A stretch of 64,000 bases of DNA from Acidocella sp. (GCA_965198835.1 OZ240675.1:534328-598327), one strand, 5' to 3'. Positions 39,768 to 49,312 are shown, counted from the stretch's first letter. The notes: generated by a model from the letters alone, not told the origin. Made by a program: numbers and translations.

Positions 39768-40513
39768 GCTCCTCCGGCGCAGCACTCGCCAAACAGGCTA
39801 CCCAACCCGCCAATCGGGGCCTGCCCAAGGTGAGTCATAACCTGTTCGGCCAGCGACTGGGCCGGAAAGGACAGGAAACACGGGAGCGCATCCTCGCGAC
39901 CGCGTTGCGGCTGATCGAAGTCTCTCACGGGCTGCCACTGACCTTGTCGGCTGTCGCCCGTGAGGCTTCGGTCGGCATGACTACCCTGTATTTATACTTC
40001 CCCGATTTGAGCGACTTGATGCTGGCAGTGCTTACCCGCGTCACCAGCGACGTGGATGCCGCCTTCGAGGCGCAGTTGGGCTCAAGATGGCCGGATGGGA
40101 CGCTGCAGAAAAGCTGCATCGATTTCCTGCGCGCCTATTACGAGTTTTGGGGCCGCCATGCCCAGGTACTACACATGCGCAACCGTTACGCGGATGCAGG
40201 GGATAACCGCTTTCTCGAATACCGTACGCGCGCTTGCCGTCCTTTGATCACGGCGCTGATGCGCCAGATGGATACGGCTATCAAGGACCGCGACACCGCT
40301 TCCGGTGGCATGGCGACGATCATGATGATCAGCTTCGAGAGATTGGCGACTATCATCAACAGCCCAAGCTTTCTCGCCGCCATCAAGGAAGACGCCATCC
40401 ATGACGAAAGCCGGTTCATCGAGCGGCTGATCTGGTCCGAGGCCGAAATGATGACACTGGTCATCCGCCAGCAGCGCGGTGCATTGGCAAAGGCGGAGGA
40501 AGCAGGCGCATAG
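39764..40513 (+). CDS. TetR/AcrR family transcriptional regulator
   Basis: HTH region ILATALRLIEVSHGLPLTLSAVAREASVGMTTLYLYFPD. ATG 39764 overlaps the ALDH stop (ATGA). Confidence 0.8.
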   Translation: MSSSGAALAKQATQPANRGLPKVSHNLFGQRLGRKGQETRERILATALRLIEVSHGLPLTLSAVAREASVGMTTLYLYFPDLSDLMLAVLTRVTSDVDAAFEAQLGSRWPDGTLQKSCIDFLRAYYEFWGRHAQVLHMRNRYADAGDNRFLEYRTRACRPLITALMRQMDTAIKDRDTASGGMATIMMISFERLATIINSPSFLAAIKEDAIHDESRFIERLIWSEAEMMTLVIRQQRGALAKAEEAGA

Positions 40514-40754
40514 ACGCGTCCTCACTCAAACTCAACTCTGGCTATTTTCCAACTCGTTCAAAATTAGCTCAAACTCGACCGCTTTTGGAAATCCCTGGAA
40601 CACCGCGAACTGCAATAACTGCAATACGAAATCCTGCGCGGCCTGCGTCAGCGGCGAAGCTGGCGCCCTGGGCTTAACCCCCAGTATCGCGGCCAGTATA
40701 GCCTCAGTATCGCGCGATAGGTTTCGCGCCCGCGCGCGACCCGCGCGTCCTCCA

Positions 40755-41567
40755 TCAACTGCTACCCTGCGGTTTTTTGCCGATGGTTGTGAGGTGGCGT
40801 TTCATGCCTTCGGCATAATCGGGCGAGAGCATCAACGTGCTGTTCGCCATACGCTCGACATGACGCGCCATGTCGAGGCCGACATCGCGCGCCATCTCAA
40901 TGGCGATTTTGGCTGTTCCCATTTGTTCAAGGCTGTTCCCGGCCAAATGCCGGCAAAACGCCAGCGCCTTGTCCTGAAAACCCTCATCGGGCCATACTTC
41001 GTGCACCAGTCCCATCACATAGGCTTTATCGGAATCAACCGGTAGGTTTCCCATGATGAGATAGCGCGCCCAATGGGTGCCTACGATGCGCGTCAGGCGG
41101 CTGACGCCGTTGGAGGCGGGCAGCGAGCCGAATTTGCTTTCCGGGAAAGCGTAGCTGGCACTTTTGGCGGCCAGGCGGAAATCGCAGGACAGCGAAAGTT
41201 CCAAACCGCCGCCAACGCAAGCGGCATGATGCGCCACCACGATCGGCTTTTCGATATGCTCCATCTCATCGTAAATGCGGTGCATGCCGTTGAGATGCAG
41301 CCGATGATTCTCGCGTATGCCCGAACCGGTATTTGGCATTTCCCGGATCGGACCACTTTGCTTCAGATCGGCGCCGGCGCAGAAATAACGACCGGTCGCC
41401 TTGATCAGCATCACCCGCAATTCCGGCGTGTCGCGAAAATGGTGTAGCGTCGTCTCGAAAATCTCCAGTGTCTCCCGATCCAGCGCGTTCAGTTTCTCGG
41501 GCCGGTTCAGGGTGCAGATGATGATCGGACCATCTTCATCGACGAGCATATGCGGAGCTTCGGACAT
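40755..41567 (-). CDS. Enoyl-CoA hydratase/isomerase (crotonase) family protein
   Basis: 270 aa with ICTLNRPEKLNAL, FCAGADL and ACVGGGLELSLSCD. Confidence 0.85.
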   Translation of the reverse strand: MSEAPHMLVDEDGPIIICTLNRPEKLNALDRETLEIFETTLHHFRDTPELRVMLIKATGRYFCAGADLKQSGPIREMPNTGSGIRENHRLHLNGMHRIYDEMEHIEKPIVVAHHAACVGGGLELSLSCDFRLAAKSASYAFPESKFGSLPASNGVSRLTRIVGTHWARYLIMGNLPVDSDKAYVMGLVHEVWPDEGFQDKALAFCRHLAGNSLEQMGTAKIAIEMARDVGLDMARHVERMANSTLMLSPDYAEGMKRHLTTIGKKPQGSS

Positions 41568-42074
41568 AGATCATTTCCTTGTTGCGCGCGTCTGTCGCGC
41601 TTTGGTTAAGGCCGTTGTGACGGCCGCCATTCCGCAGCTTCCGCCCGCCGCTCTTTTTGAAGCCTTATAAGCGTCGGCAGAGGCAGTTTCACGGTTCCAT
41701 TAAAACAGGCAGAAGGAAATCCGTCCATTCGAGCATCATGACGCGACTTTGCCGCCCCGTAATGGTGCCCAGCCGCCGCTTGCGCTTGGGCTGCTTGATC
41801 CGGCGGCCAAGGCGGCGGATGCCGGCGCTATGAAATCCCTCATGAACCGAGGCATTGCCCGGTGCAGTCCACACTGGGAGATTGACCACCCTTTCCTTGG
41901 GGATGCGCTTCGGATGACCGTCTGATCGCATCGCGACCGCTCTAGCGGGGCCTAATCGGAGCTTAATCATTGAGACAGGCATGGACGGCGCGCCGAACCG
42001 ATTGCAGGATGGCGCCAGCGGCGTGAACAGTATGGCGAGGTGATGCAAAGCGCCCGCAACCATAGCCAGAGGAG

Positions 42075-42752
42075 ATGAGCATGAGCGTTGTTGTCGTTAC
42101 CGGTGCATTCGGCGCGCTAGGTCGGGTCGTCGTGGCGGAACTGGCAAAGCAAGGCTTTAGCGTTGCGGCGGTCGATGTCGCGCCGGCGCCGGCGCAGGGC
42201 GATGCGGTACTTGCCTTGGGTGGCGTGGATCTGGCCGATGAACCTGCGGTGGTTGCTGCCTACGCGGAAGTTGCGGAAAAGCTGGGCAGTCTTGATGCGC
42301 TGGTTAATATCGCCGGCGGTTTTACCTGGGAGCCGATAGAAACCGGGTCGATCGAAAGCTGGGACAGCATGTACCGCATAAATTTGCGCACCGCCGCCGC
42401 CTCATGCCGCGCCGCGCTGCCGCATTTGCTGAAAAACGGCGGCGCCATCGTCAATGTGGGCGCCGCGGGGGCGATACAGCCAGCCGCCGGCATGGCGCCC
42501 TATGCTGCTTCAAAAGCCGGGGTGCGGGCGCTGACCGAAAGCCTGGCTGAAGAAATGCGAACCAAGAACATCCGTGTCAATGCGATTCTGCCAACCATCA
42601 TGGATACGCCTGCCAACCGGTCCAGCATGCCGGACGCCGACACCTCCGCCTGGGTCCGCCCCGAGGCCGCCGCGAAGGTTATTGCGTTTCTGCTCTCCGC
42701 GGAATCAGGGGCCGTAACCGGCGCCAGCGTACCGCTTTCACTCGCCGGCTGA
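42075..42752 (+). CDS. SDR family oxidoreductase
   Basis: VVVTGAFGALGRVV, NIAGG, YAASKAG. Confidence 0.85.
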   Translation: MSMSVVVVTGAFGALGRVVVAELAKQGFSVAAVDVAPAPAQGDAVLALGGVDLADEPAVVAAYAEVAEKLGSLDALVNIAGGFTWEPIETGSIESWDSMYRINLRTAAASCRAALPHLLKNGGAIVNVGAAGAIQPAAGMAPYAASKAGVRALTESLAEEMRTKNIRVNAILPTIMDTPANRSSMPDADTSAWVRPEAAAKVIAFLLSAESGAVTGASVPLSLAG

Positions 42753-42936
42753 AAAGCGGCCGTTGCTTAGCATCCAACTTCGCTCAATCTTCTAAAAATG
42801 CCATCCGCTGGCGGCCGAAGCTGTAATGTGGCCTGATCCATAAGAACGCGGCATTGACCGCAGAATATGAACCGGTGAATGCTCGGTCCGCGCAAGGGTA
42901 AACGATCCGACCCGTTAACGAGGAAGCAAGCCGACC

Positions 42937-43374
42937 ATGGATACCCATGTTGCAAGGCCCGTGACGGCAAGACCGGCCCATGCGCCGGAACAGGCCTTCT
43001 ATGATTCTGCCATGTATCTTGATCCCGAACTGCTTCAGGAACCGCATTAGCGCGTGCGACAGATCGTGCGCGAAGCGCCAACGGTGTTCTGTACGCCGCG
43101 AATGGCGGCCGTTGGGTCGCCATCGGCCATGGAGACAACAACGCGCTGTCGCGCAGAGCCTGAGATATTCACCAGCGCGATCATCCGGGTTGCATTCGCC
43201 GCGGCCATCTGCTCGCAATTGCCGGCGGGTTCCGGCCATGTTCCGGATCCGACGCCGAGCAACCTCGACCGGCCTGCCCACGCGTGTTCCGCGCCGCTGC
43301 AGGGCGCCTTCCCGCCCAAGGCCCATCTCGGTAACATCATCGCTATTGGTTCTCCTCCGCCACTTTGGGATTAA
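42937..43374 (+). pseudogene. Decayed N-terminal remnant of a CYP101-like cytochrome P450
   Basis: HAPEQAFYDSAMYLDPELLQEPH, an in-frame TAG at 43048..43050, then RVRQIVREAPTVFCTP. The NGGRWVAIGHG motif is readable only in another frame (about 43101..43160). The frame then returns with EPEIFTSA...LDRPAHACSAPLQGAFPPKA (DPPxH-like). It is cut off by the DUF35 gene after about 140 codons. Confidence 0.5.
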
Positions 43375-43376
43375 GC

Positions 43377-43778
43377 ATGTCAAACCGTCCGCTGCCGCGC
43401 CTCGATTCCGATAACCGCTTCTTCTGGACCAGCGGCGCCGATGGCGTATTGCGGTTTCTGCAATGCGAGGAATGCGCGACCTTTGTTCATCCGCCGCGCC
43501 CGGTTTGCCCGCATTGCCTGTCGGAGGCCGTAACGCCTGCCGCCGTTCCGGGAACCGGCATCATCGACACGTTCACGATCAACCACCAGAAATGGCGCCC
43601 CGACCTTGAGGTGCCGTTCGTCATCGCACGGGTTGCGATCGATGGCGCGCCGGGCGTGATCCTCACCACCAATATCGTCGGCTGCGCGCCCGATCAGGTA
43701 GAGTTCGGCGATAAGGTCAAGGTCACCTTCGAGCAGCAGGACGATGTGTGGATTCCGCTTTTTGAGAAAGTAGCCTGA
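43377..43778 (+). CDS. Zn-ribbon/OB-fold DUF35 protein
   Basis: FWTSGADGVLRFLQCEECATFVHPPRPVCPHC (4-Cys ribbon) followed by an OB-fold. Immediately precedes the thiolase-like gene. Confidence 0.85.
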   Translation: MSNRPLPRLDSDNRFFWTSGADGVLRFLQCEECATFVHPPRPVCPHCLSEAVTPAAVPGTGIIDTFTINHQKWRPDLEVPFVIARVAIDGAPGVILTTNIVGCAPDQVEFGDKVKVTFEQQDDVWIPLFEKVA

Positions 43779-43779
43779 G

Positions 43780-44940
43780 ATGGCGCTACCCGACGCATTC
43801 ATCACGGGCATAGGCCAATCGCAGATCGGCGCCAGACTGACACGCCATCCCCTGTTGCTAACGCTGGATGCAATTCGCGAGGCGCTGGACGAATCGGGAC
43901 TGACCATCGCCGATATCGACGGCATCTCCACCTATCCCGGCAAAGCCGCCGGGTATCTTGGGTTCTCGCCGGTCGGCTCTGAAGACTTGATCGACGCGCT
44001 GCGGATGACAATCCACTGGTATGCCGGCGGGTTCGAAACCTCCTCGCAGCTTGGCGCCGTGGTTGCCGCGGCCAACGCCGTGCGCGCCGGCCAGGCCCGG
44101 CATGTGATCTGCTTTCGCACTGTCTATGAGGCCGCGGCGATGGCGCGGCCCGAAGCCTATCCCGCACCCAGAGGCGATCGCGCCGAGGGCGGCTCGCAAT
44201 GGACCATGCCGTTCAACGCATATTCGGCGGCGACCTGGGTGGCGCAATACGCGATGCGGCACGTCAAGCGCTATGGCTTGAAGCGCGAGCAGCTGGCGCA
44301 GATTGCCCTGACGGATCGTAAACACGCTTTGCTCAACCCGCGCGCCATGGTGCGCGAGGAGCTGACCATGGACCAATACATGAATGCGCGGATGATCGCC
44401 GATCCGCTCTGCCTCTACGATTGCGACCGTTTCAGCGATGCCTCGACCGTGCTGATCGTCTCCGCCGCGGAGGCGATCGGCGAGGTTAAATGCACCCCTA
44501 TCCGCATCGCCGCCGGCGCCTATGCGACCGAGCGCCATAGCTGGGATCAGTCTGAGTGGATGGCGGCCTATTCCACCGGCGCGCAGCTTTGGAAATATAC
44601 CGACTACAAGCCCAAGGACGTCGATACCGTCCAGCTTTATGACGGGTTCGCCTTCCTTTCTTTGACCTGGCTGGAAGGCCTTGGTTTTTGCGGTGTGGGT
44701 GAGGCCGGCCGTTTCATCGAAGGCGGTCAACGCCTGGCCTTGGATGGCGAGCTGCCCTTCAACACCTTCGGCGGCCAGATCGGCGCCGGGCGCCTGCACG
44801 GCTTTGGGTTTGCGCATGAGGCGGTGACGCAGCTGCGCGGGCTTGGCGGCGACCGCCAGATACCCGGCGATCCGCGCGTCGCGGTCGCCGCTTCCGGCGG
44901 CGGACCGCTGGCGACGGCATTGCTGTTGGCTCGAGACTAG
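43780..44940 (+). CDS. SCP2/lipid-transfer-type thiolase-like protein (DUF35 partner)
   Basis: 386 aa. Thiolase-fold pattern with LYDCDRFSDAS, VQLYDGFAF and FNTFGGQIGAGRLHGF. Lies 1 nt after the DUF35 stop. Confidence 0.8.
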   Translation: MALPDAFITGIGQSQIGARLTRHPLLLTLDAIREALDESGLTIADIDGISTYPGKAAGYLGFSPVGSEDLIDALRMTIHWYAGGFETSSQLGAVVAAANAVRAGQARHVICFRTVYEAAAMARPEAYPAPRGDRAEGGSQWTMPFNAYSAATWVAQYAMRHVKRYGLKREQLAQIALTDRKHALLNPRAMVREELTMDQYMNARMIADPLCLYDCDRFSDASTVLIVSAAEAIGEVKCTPIRIAAGAYATERHSWDQSEWMAAYSTGAQLWKYTDYKPKDVDTVQLYDGFAFLSLTWLEGLGFCGVGEAGRFIEGGQRLALDGELPFNTFGGQIGAGRLHGFGFAHEAVTQLRGLGGDRQIPGDPRVAVAASGGGPLATALLLARD

Positions 44941-44943
44941 AAC

Positions 44944-45654
44944 ATGCAGCCCGGCTATCGCCGCCGTATCCTTATCGAACCCGGCCCGGCCCGGGTGACC
45001 GCCGAGCTGGAGGATGACTATCACCGGATGGTTGTCACGCTGACACATGAGGATGGCATCGTCACCGAAGTTTCCAGCGAAATGAAACGCTCGCCCTGGA
45101 CGCTTTGCCCGGGCGCCATGGCGCAGCTTGCGGCTACCTTTACCGGCGTGCCGCTTGCCGGTTTTCCTAAGCGTGGCGAGAAAAGTCAGAACTGCACGCA
45201 TCTGCACGATCTGGCGTTGTTCGCTGCGGCACACGCGAACGAAACAGCTTCGGTGGCGTATGATATCATTGTAACCGATCCGGTGAACGGCGACCGGCAG
45301 GCGCAGCTGAAGCGAAATGGTGAGCTGTTACTGAACTGGCAGCTGCAGGGTGATCTTTTTCTCGAGCCCACCGCCCTGCAGGGCATCCGCCTGACGGAGA
45401 TGAACCCCTGGATAGGCAGCCTGGATAAAGCCGGCGCCGAAATGGCGCGCATTTTGCGCTGGGCCTCCTTTATCGCCTCCGGCCGCGCACGGGAGATGCC
45501 TGCGGGAATGCCGGCAACCGCCTTCCCCGGCAGCGCCTGCTATAATTTTCAGCCTGAAAGGGCAGTCTACTCCACCCGCCGTCCGGCCGCGGATATCGAT
45601 TTCAGCCGCCCTTACGCTGAGCCGATGGCGGACAGATCGGCGGCCTTCGCCTGA
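44944..45654 (+). CDS. DUF2889 domain protein
   Basis: ELEDDYHRMVVTLTHEDGIVTEV....RSPWTLCPGA matches the DUF2889 signature. Confidence 0.7.
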   Translation: MQPGYRRRILIEPGPARVTAELEDDYHRMVVTLTHEDGIVTEVSSEMKRSPWTLCPGAMAQLAATFTGVPLAGFPKRGEKSQNCTHLHDLALFAAAHANETASVAYDIIVTDPVNGDRQAQLKRNGELLLNWQLQGDLFLEPTALQGIRLTEMNPWIGSLDKAGAEMARILRWASFIASGRAREMPAGMPATAFPGSACYNFQPERAVYSTRRPAADIDFSRPYAEPMADRSAAFA

Positions 45655-45745
45655 GATTACGCTTATTTGTTCAACACAAGCCGTGCTACGTGCTAATGTC
45701 CAATGACAAAAGAACTGCCACTTTAATGGTTTACGGAGGAATATA

Positions 45746-47077
45746 ATGAAAGTCGAAGACCTCATCATCGTCAGCGTCGATGACCACATCGTCGAGCCGC
45801 CCAACATGTATGACAATCACCTCACCGGGCCGCAAAAGGCCTTTGCGCCGGAAATGCGCAAAGATGAAAACGGCATCGATTTCTGGCTCTATGAAGGTCA
45901 GCGCCGCGGCTCGATCGGACTCAATGCGGTGGTCGGCCGCCTGAAGGAGGAATATGGCTGCGAGCCGGTTTCCCTGCAGCAGATGCGCAAAGGCGCCTGG
46001 GACATCCATTCGCGCATCGAGGATATGAACGCCAACGGCATTCTCTCCTCGCTGAATTTTCCGAGCGTCATCGGCTTTGACGGCGATCTGTTCCATAAAT
46101 TCGAGAACAAGCAGAACGCGCTGGTCATCCTGCGCGCCTATAACGACTGGCATATCGATGAATGGTGCGGCCTCTACCCCGGCCGCAATATTCCAAACGC
46201 GGTTCTACCCTACTGGGACATCAAGGAGTTGGTTGCGGAAATCAAACGGGTTGCCGCCAAAGGCTGCCACAACCTTTCCTTTACCGACAATCCGGCAACC
46301 AAAGGCTTCCCCAGCATTCATAACCCCTATTGGGAGCCGATGTGGAAGGCCTGCGCCGAGAACGACATGGTTATCAATATCCATATCGGCTCAGGCGTTT
46401 CCGCCCCTCACGCTTCGATGGAATCACCGATCGGTGCCTGGATCACCACGATGCCGATCGCCATCGTCAACTCGGCATCGGATTGGCTGCATCTGGAGGC
46501 GCTGCAGCGTTATCCGCTGAAAATCTCGCTTTCCGAAGGCGGGATCGGCTGGATACCCTATTTCACGGAGCGTGCCGACTTTTCATTTGGCCAGCATAAC
46601 GCCTGGACGCATCAAAGCTTCGGGCAAGGGCGCAAGCCAAGCGACGTGTTCAAGGAACATTTCCTGACCTGCTTCATCGACGACAAATTCGGCCTGGCCA
46701 ATGTCGACGCCATCGGCGAGGACAACATCGCCTATGAATGCGACTACCCGCATTCCGACTGCCTGTGGCCGGAAGCGCCGGAACTGCTGCATGCAAGCCT
46801 GAAGCATCTTTCCGACCGCGTGATCGACAAAATCAGCCACCTGAACTCGCTTAGCCGCTTTAACTTCGATGCTTTCGCCATGATGGGCGGCCGCGAAAAC
46901 TGCACGGTCGGTGCGCTTCGCAAACTTGCCTCGCACGTCGATACCAGGCCGAAATCCTTCGGCGGCCCTGCGCCCTTGCCGCCGGGCGAGAAGCCCCGCC
47001 TTGTCACGTCCGGCGATATTGCCAAGATGTTCATGGGCGTCACCAAAGCGGACGGAAAGGTCAAGGAATCCGCCTGA
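45746..47077 (+). CDS. Amidohydrolase-2 (ACMSD/LigW-like) family metal-dependent hydrolase/decarboxylase
   Basis: 443 aa with the N-terminal VSVDDHIVEPP motif, NIHIGSG and ECDYPHSD. Confidence 0.75.
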   Translation: MKVEDLIIVSVDDHIVEPPNMYDNHLTGPQKAFAPEMRKDENGIDFWLYEGQRRGSIGLNAVVGRLKEEYGCEPVSLQQMRKGAWDIHSRIEDMNANGILSSLNFPSVIGFDGDLFHKFENKQNALVILRAYNDWHIDEWCGLYPGRNIPNAVLPYWDIKELVAEIKRVAAKGCHNLSFTDNPATKGFPSIHNPYWEPMWKACAENDMVINIHIGSGVSAPHASMESPIGAWITTMPIAIVNSASDWLHLEALQRYPLKISLSEGGIGWIPYFTERADFSFGQHNAWTHQSFGQGRKPSDVFKEHFLTCFIDDKFGLANVDAIGEDNIAYECDYPHSDCLWPEAPELLHASLKHLSDRVIDKISHLNSLSRFNFDAFAMMGGRENCTVGALRKLASHVDTRPKSFGGPAPLPPGEKPRLVTSGDIAKMFMGVTKADGKVKESA

Positions 47078-47158
47078 AGATTTCTAACTTGGGCGGCTGG
47101 GCAATGTGCCTGGCTGCCGATAGGCAAAGGAAGAAGCCGGTTTCGAGGAAAATCGGCG

Positions 47159-47545
47159 CTAAAAACTTCGACTCTGAGCCTGGGGCGCCGGCATGAAGAC
47201 GGCCCCGACCCAGACCCAGACCCAGACCCAGAAAGTCTTTTCTGAGGTGGACGGCCAGCCTTCGTCTGCTTCCGGAAAAAGCACTGCTTTCTTCTTAATG
47301 TTGCGTTGGAACAGTCCGAATACGTGCCGCCGTGTCTCGATGGTGAACGGCTTGCTAAGGACATGCATCCCGAGCCGCAGATGACCGAAAACCGCGCTCT
47401 CGGCCTGGCCCGTGATGAAAAGCACCTTCTGTTCAGGCCGTAGCGCCAAAGCGGCATCTGCAAGCTGGCGGCCATCGATGCCATCCGGAAGGCCGACATC
47501 GGTCACCAGCAGATCGACCCGGCTCCTGCCCTGCAGATGTTTCAA
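47159..47545 (-). pseudogene. 5'-truncated response-regulator receiver remnant
   Basis: DLLVTDVGLPDGIDG, KVLFITGQAE and LSKPF are present, but beta1/alpha1 with the acidic pair is absent. The frame upstream runs straight into the MFS stop codon. The only start is a TTG. Confidence 0.5.
47207..47232. repeat. Hexanucleotide microsatellite (GACCCA)4
   Basis: gacccagacccagacccagacccaga. Translates as WVWVWVWV in the remnant ORF. Confidence 0.9.
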
Positions 47546-47605
47546 TCCGGTTGATGATGCATTTAGCGTGCGATGACCGGTCTCTGGCCCGCGGCGAAGC
47601 GGATT

Positions 47606-49312
47606 TCAGGGATCGTTGTGCACATAGCGGCGGCCCCGGGTCCAGGAGGCCGCGGCCGCCACGGCGCATGCCGCGGCGGCAAAGATAAACGCCTCGGTCA
47701 GGCCGGCATGAAACGGCGCGGCGATAAGATCGGGGAAGAAGTGCTGGCCGGTCAGCACCTGAGCATCGGCGGCCGGCAAGCTGCTGAGCACCTTGCCGCC
47801 GATCATGCTCTGGATCGGGTTATAGCCGAGAAAGGCGGCGAACAGGATGGAGACCGGCGGCAACTGCGCGACCGCCTGCGCCTGCGCGGCCGGGACACCA
47901 TGCTGCATCAGCCCCTGAACGAGGGTGGTGGAAAGGGTGCCCGAAAGGCCGTTGAGGATGAGGGTGAAGAAAATGCCGATCGAGAACACCTGCGCGGAGT
48001 TCTGGAAGGTGCTGTTCATGCCGCCGCCGGCGCCGCGATCGTCCGGCGGCAGGCTGTTCATGATGGCGGCCCGATTGGGCGCCGCAAACGCGCCCATCGC
48101 CATGCCGTTGATCAGCAGAATGGCGGCGAAGATTCCGTAGTTGAAATCAACCGGCAGGAAAATCAGCAGCAGGAAACTGAACGCCGCCGCCAGCATGCCG
48201 CCGGTGGTGAAATAGCGCGCGCCCACCCGGTCTGACAGAAATCCGGAGACCGGGCCGGCCAGCAGAAACCCCAGCGTCATCGGCAGCATCAGGATGCCGG
48301 CCCAGAGCGGCGTTTGCTCGAAACTGTAGCCGTGCAGCGGCAGCCAGATGCCCTGCAGCCAGACGATCAGCATGAACATCAGACCGCCGCGGCCGATCGA
48401 GGAGAGGAAGGTGGAAAGCGTGCCGAAGGTAAAAGCCCGGATCTTGAACAAAGGCAGGCGGAACATGGGGTTTTCAACGCGCGACTCGATCCCGACAAAG
48501 ACGATAAGCAGCAAGGTTCCGCCGCCCAGCAAAGCCAGGACGGTTGGGCTGGTCCAGGCCATGGCGTGACCGTCCGCAGGCTCGATGCCATAGGTGATGC
48601 CGATCATCAGTGCGACCAGCCCGACGCCGAACGTGGCGTTGCCGGCCCAATCGATGGAGGTGGATTGGCGACGGCCGATTTCCTTTAGCGCGAGAAACGA
48701 CCAGATTGTGCCGACAATCCCGAATGGCACCGAGACCAGGAAAACCAGCCGCCAGTTGATGGCCGCCAGCACGCCGCCCAGCACCAGGCCGAAAAACGAG
48801 CCGCTGATGCCGGCGATGTTGCTGATGCCAAGGGCCAAGCCGCGCTGGTTGGAAGGAAACACATCGGTGAGGATGGCGCTGGAATTGCCGGTGATGAAGG
48901 CGGCGCCGACGCCCTGGAAGATGCGGCCGACGACAAGCCACATGGCGCCCGCCTGGGCCGAGAGCGGATCGACCGCCAGCACCAGGGAGAAGACGGTGTA
49001 GACCAAATAGCCGAAATTATACATTTTAACGCGGCCGAACATGTCGCCGAGCCGGCCGAAGCTGACCACCAACACGCTGCTGACAATGATGTAGCCCAGG
49101 ATCATCCAGAGCAAATAGAAGGTATTGCGCGCTTGCAGCGGGTTGAGGCCGATGCCGCGGAAGATCTGCGGCAGGGCGATCAGCATGATCGAGGAATCGA
49201 TCGTTGCCAGCAGCACCCCGACCGTGGTGTTGCCGAGCACGAGCCATTTGTAGCGCGGCGAGCCTGTCTGCTCGACCGTCTCCGGGCCCGGTTTGGAAAT
49301 GGAAATGCTCAT
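47606..49312 (-). CDS. MFS transporter, DHA2 (14-TMS, EmrB/QacA-like) family
   Basis: About 568 aa from ATG 49312. 14 hydrophobic segments with GRLGDMFGR and LGISNIAGISG motifs. Confidence 0.85.
   Translation of the reverse strand: MSISISKPGPETVEQTGSPRYKWLVLGNTTVGVLLATIDSSIMLIALPQIFRGIGLNPLQARNTFYLLWMILGYIIVSSVLVVSFGRLGDMFGRVKMYNFGYLVYTVFSLVLAVDPLSAQAGAMWLVVGRIFQGVGAAFITGNSSAILTDVFPSNQRGLALGISNIAGISGSFFGLVLGGVLAAINWRLVFLVSVPFGIVGTIWSFLALKEIGRRQSTSIDWAGNATFGVGLVALMIGITYGIEPADGHAMAWTSPTVLALLGGGTLLLIVFVGIESRVENPMFRLPLFKIRAFTFGTLSTFLSSIGRGGLMFMLIVWLQGIWLPLHGYSFEQTPLWAGILMLPMTLGFLLAGPVSGFLSDRVGARYFTTGGMLAAAFSFLLLIFLPVDFNYGIFAAILLINGMAMGAFAAPNRAAIMNSLPPDDRGAGGGMNSTFQNSAQVFSIGIFFTLILNGLSGTLSTTLVQGLMQHGVPAAQAQAVAQLPPVSILFAAFLGYNPIQSMIGGKVLSSLPAADAQVLTGQHFFPDLIAAPFHAGLTEAFIFAAAACAVAAAASWTRGRRYVHNDP

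Noticed and set aside
40609-40626. Tandem 9-mer ACTGCAATA x2, and nearby CAGTATCGCG-like repeats, in the convergent spacer after the TetR gene
   Set aside because: They are very short and lie between two gene 3' ends. They could arise by chance or slippage, and no function can be argued.
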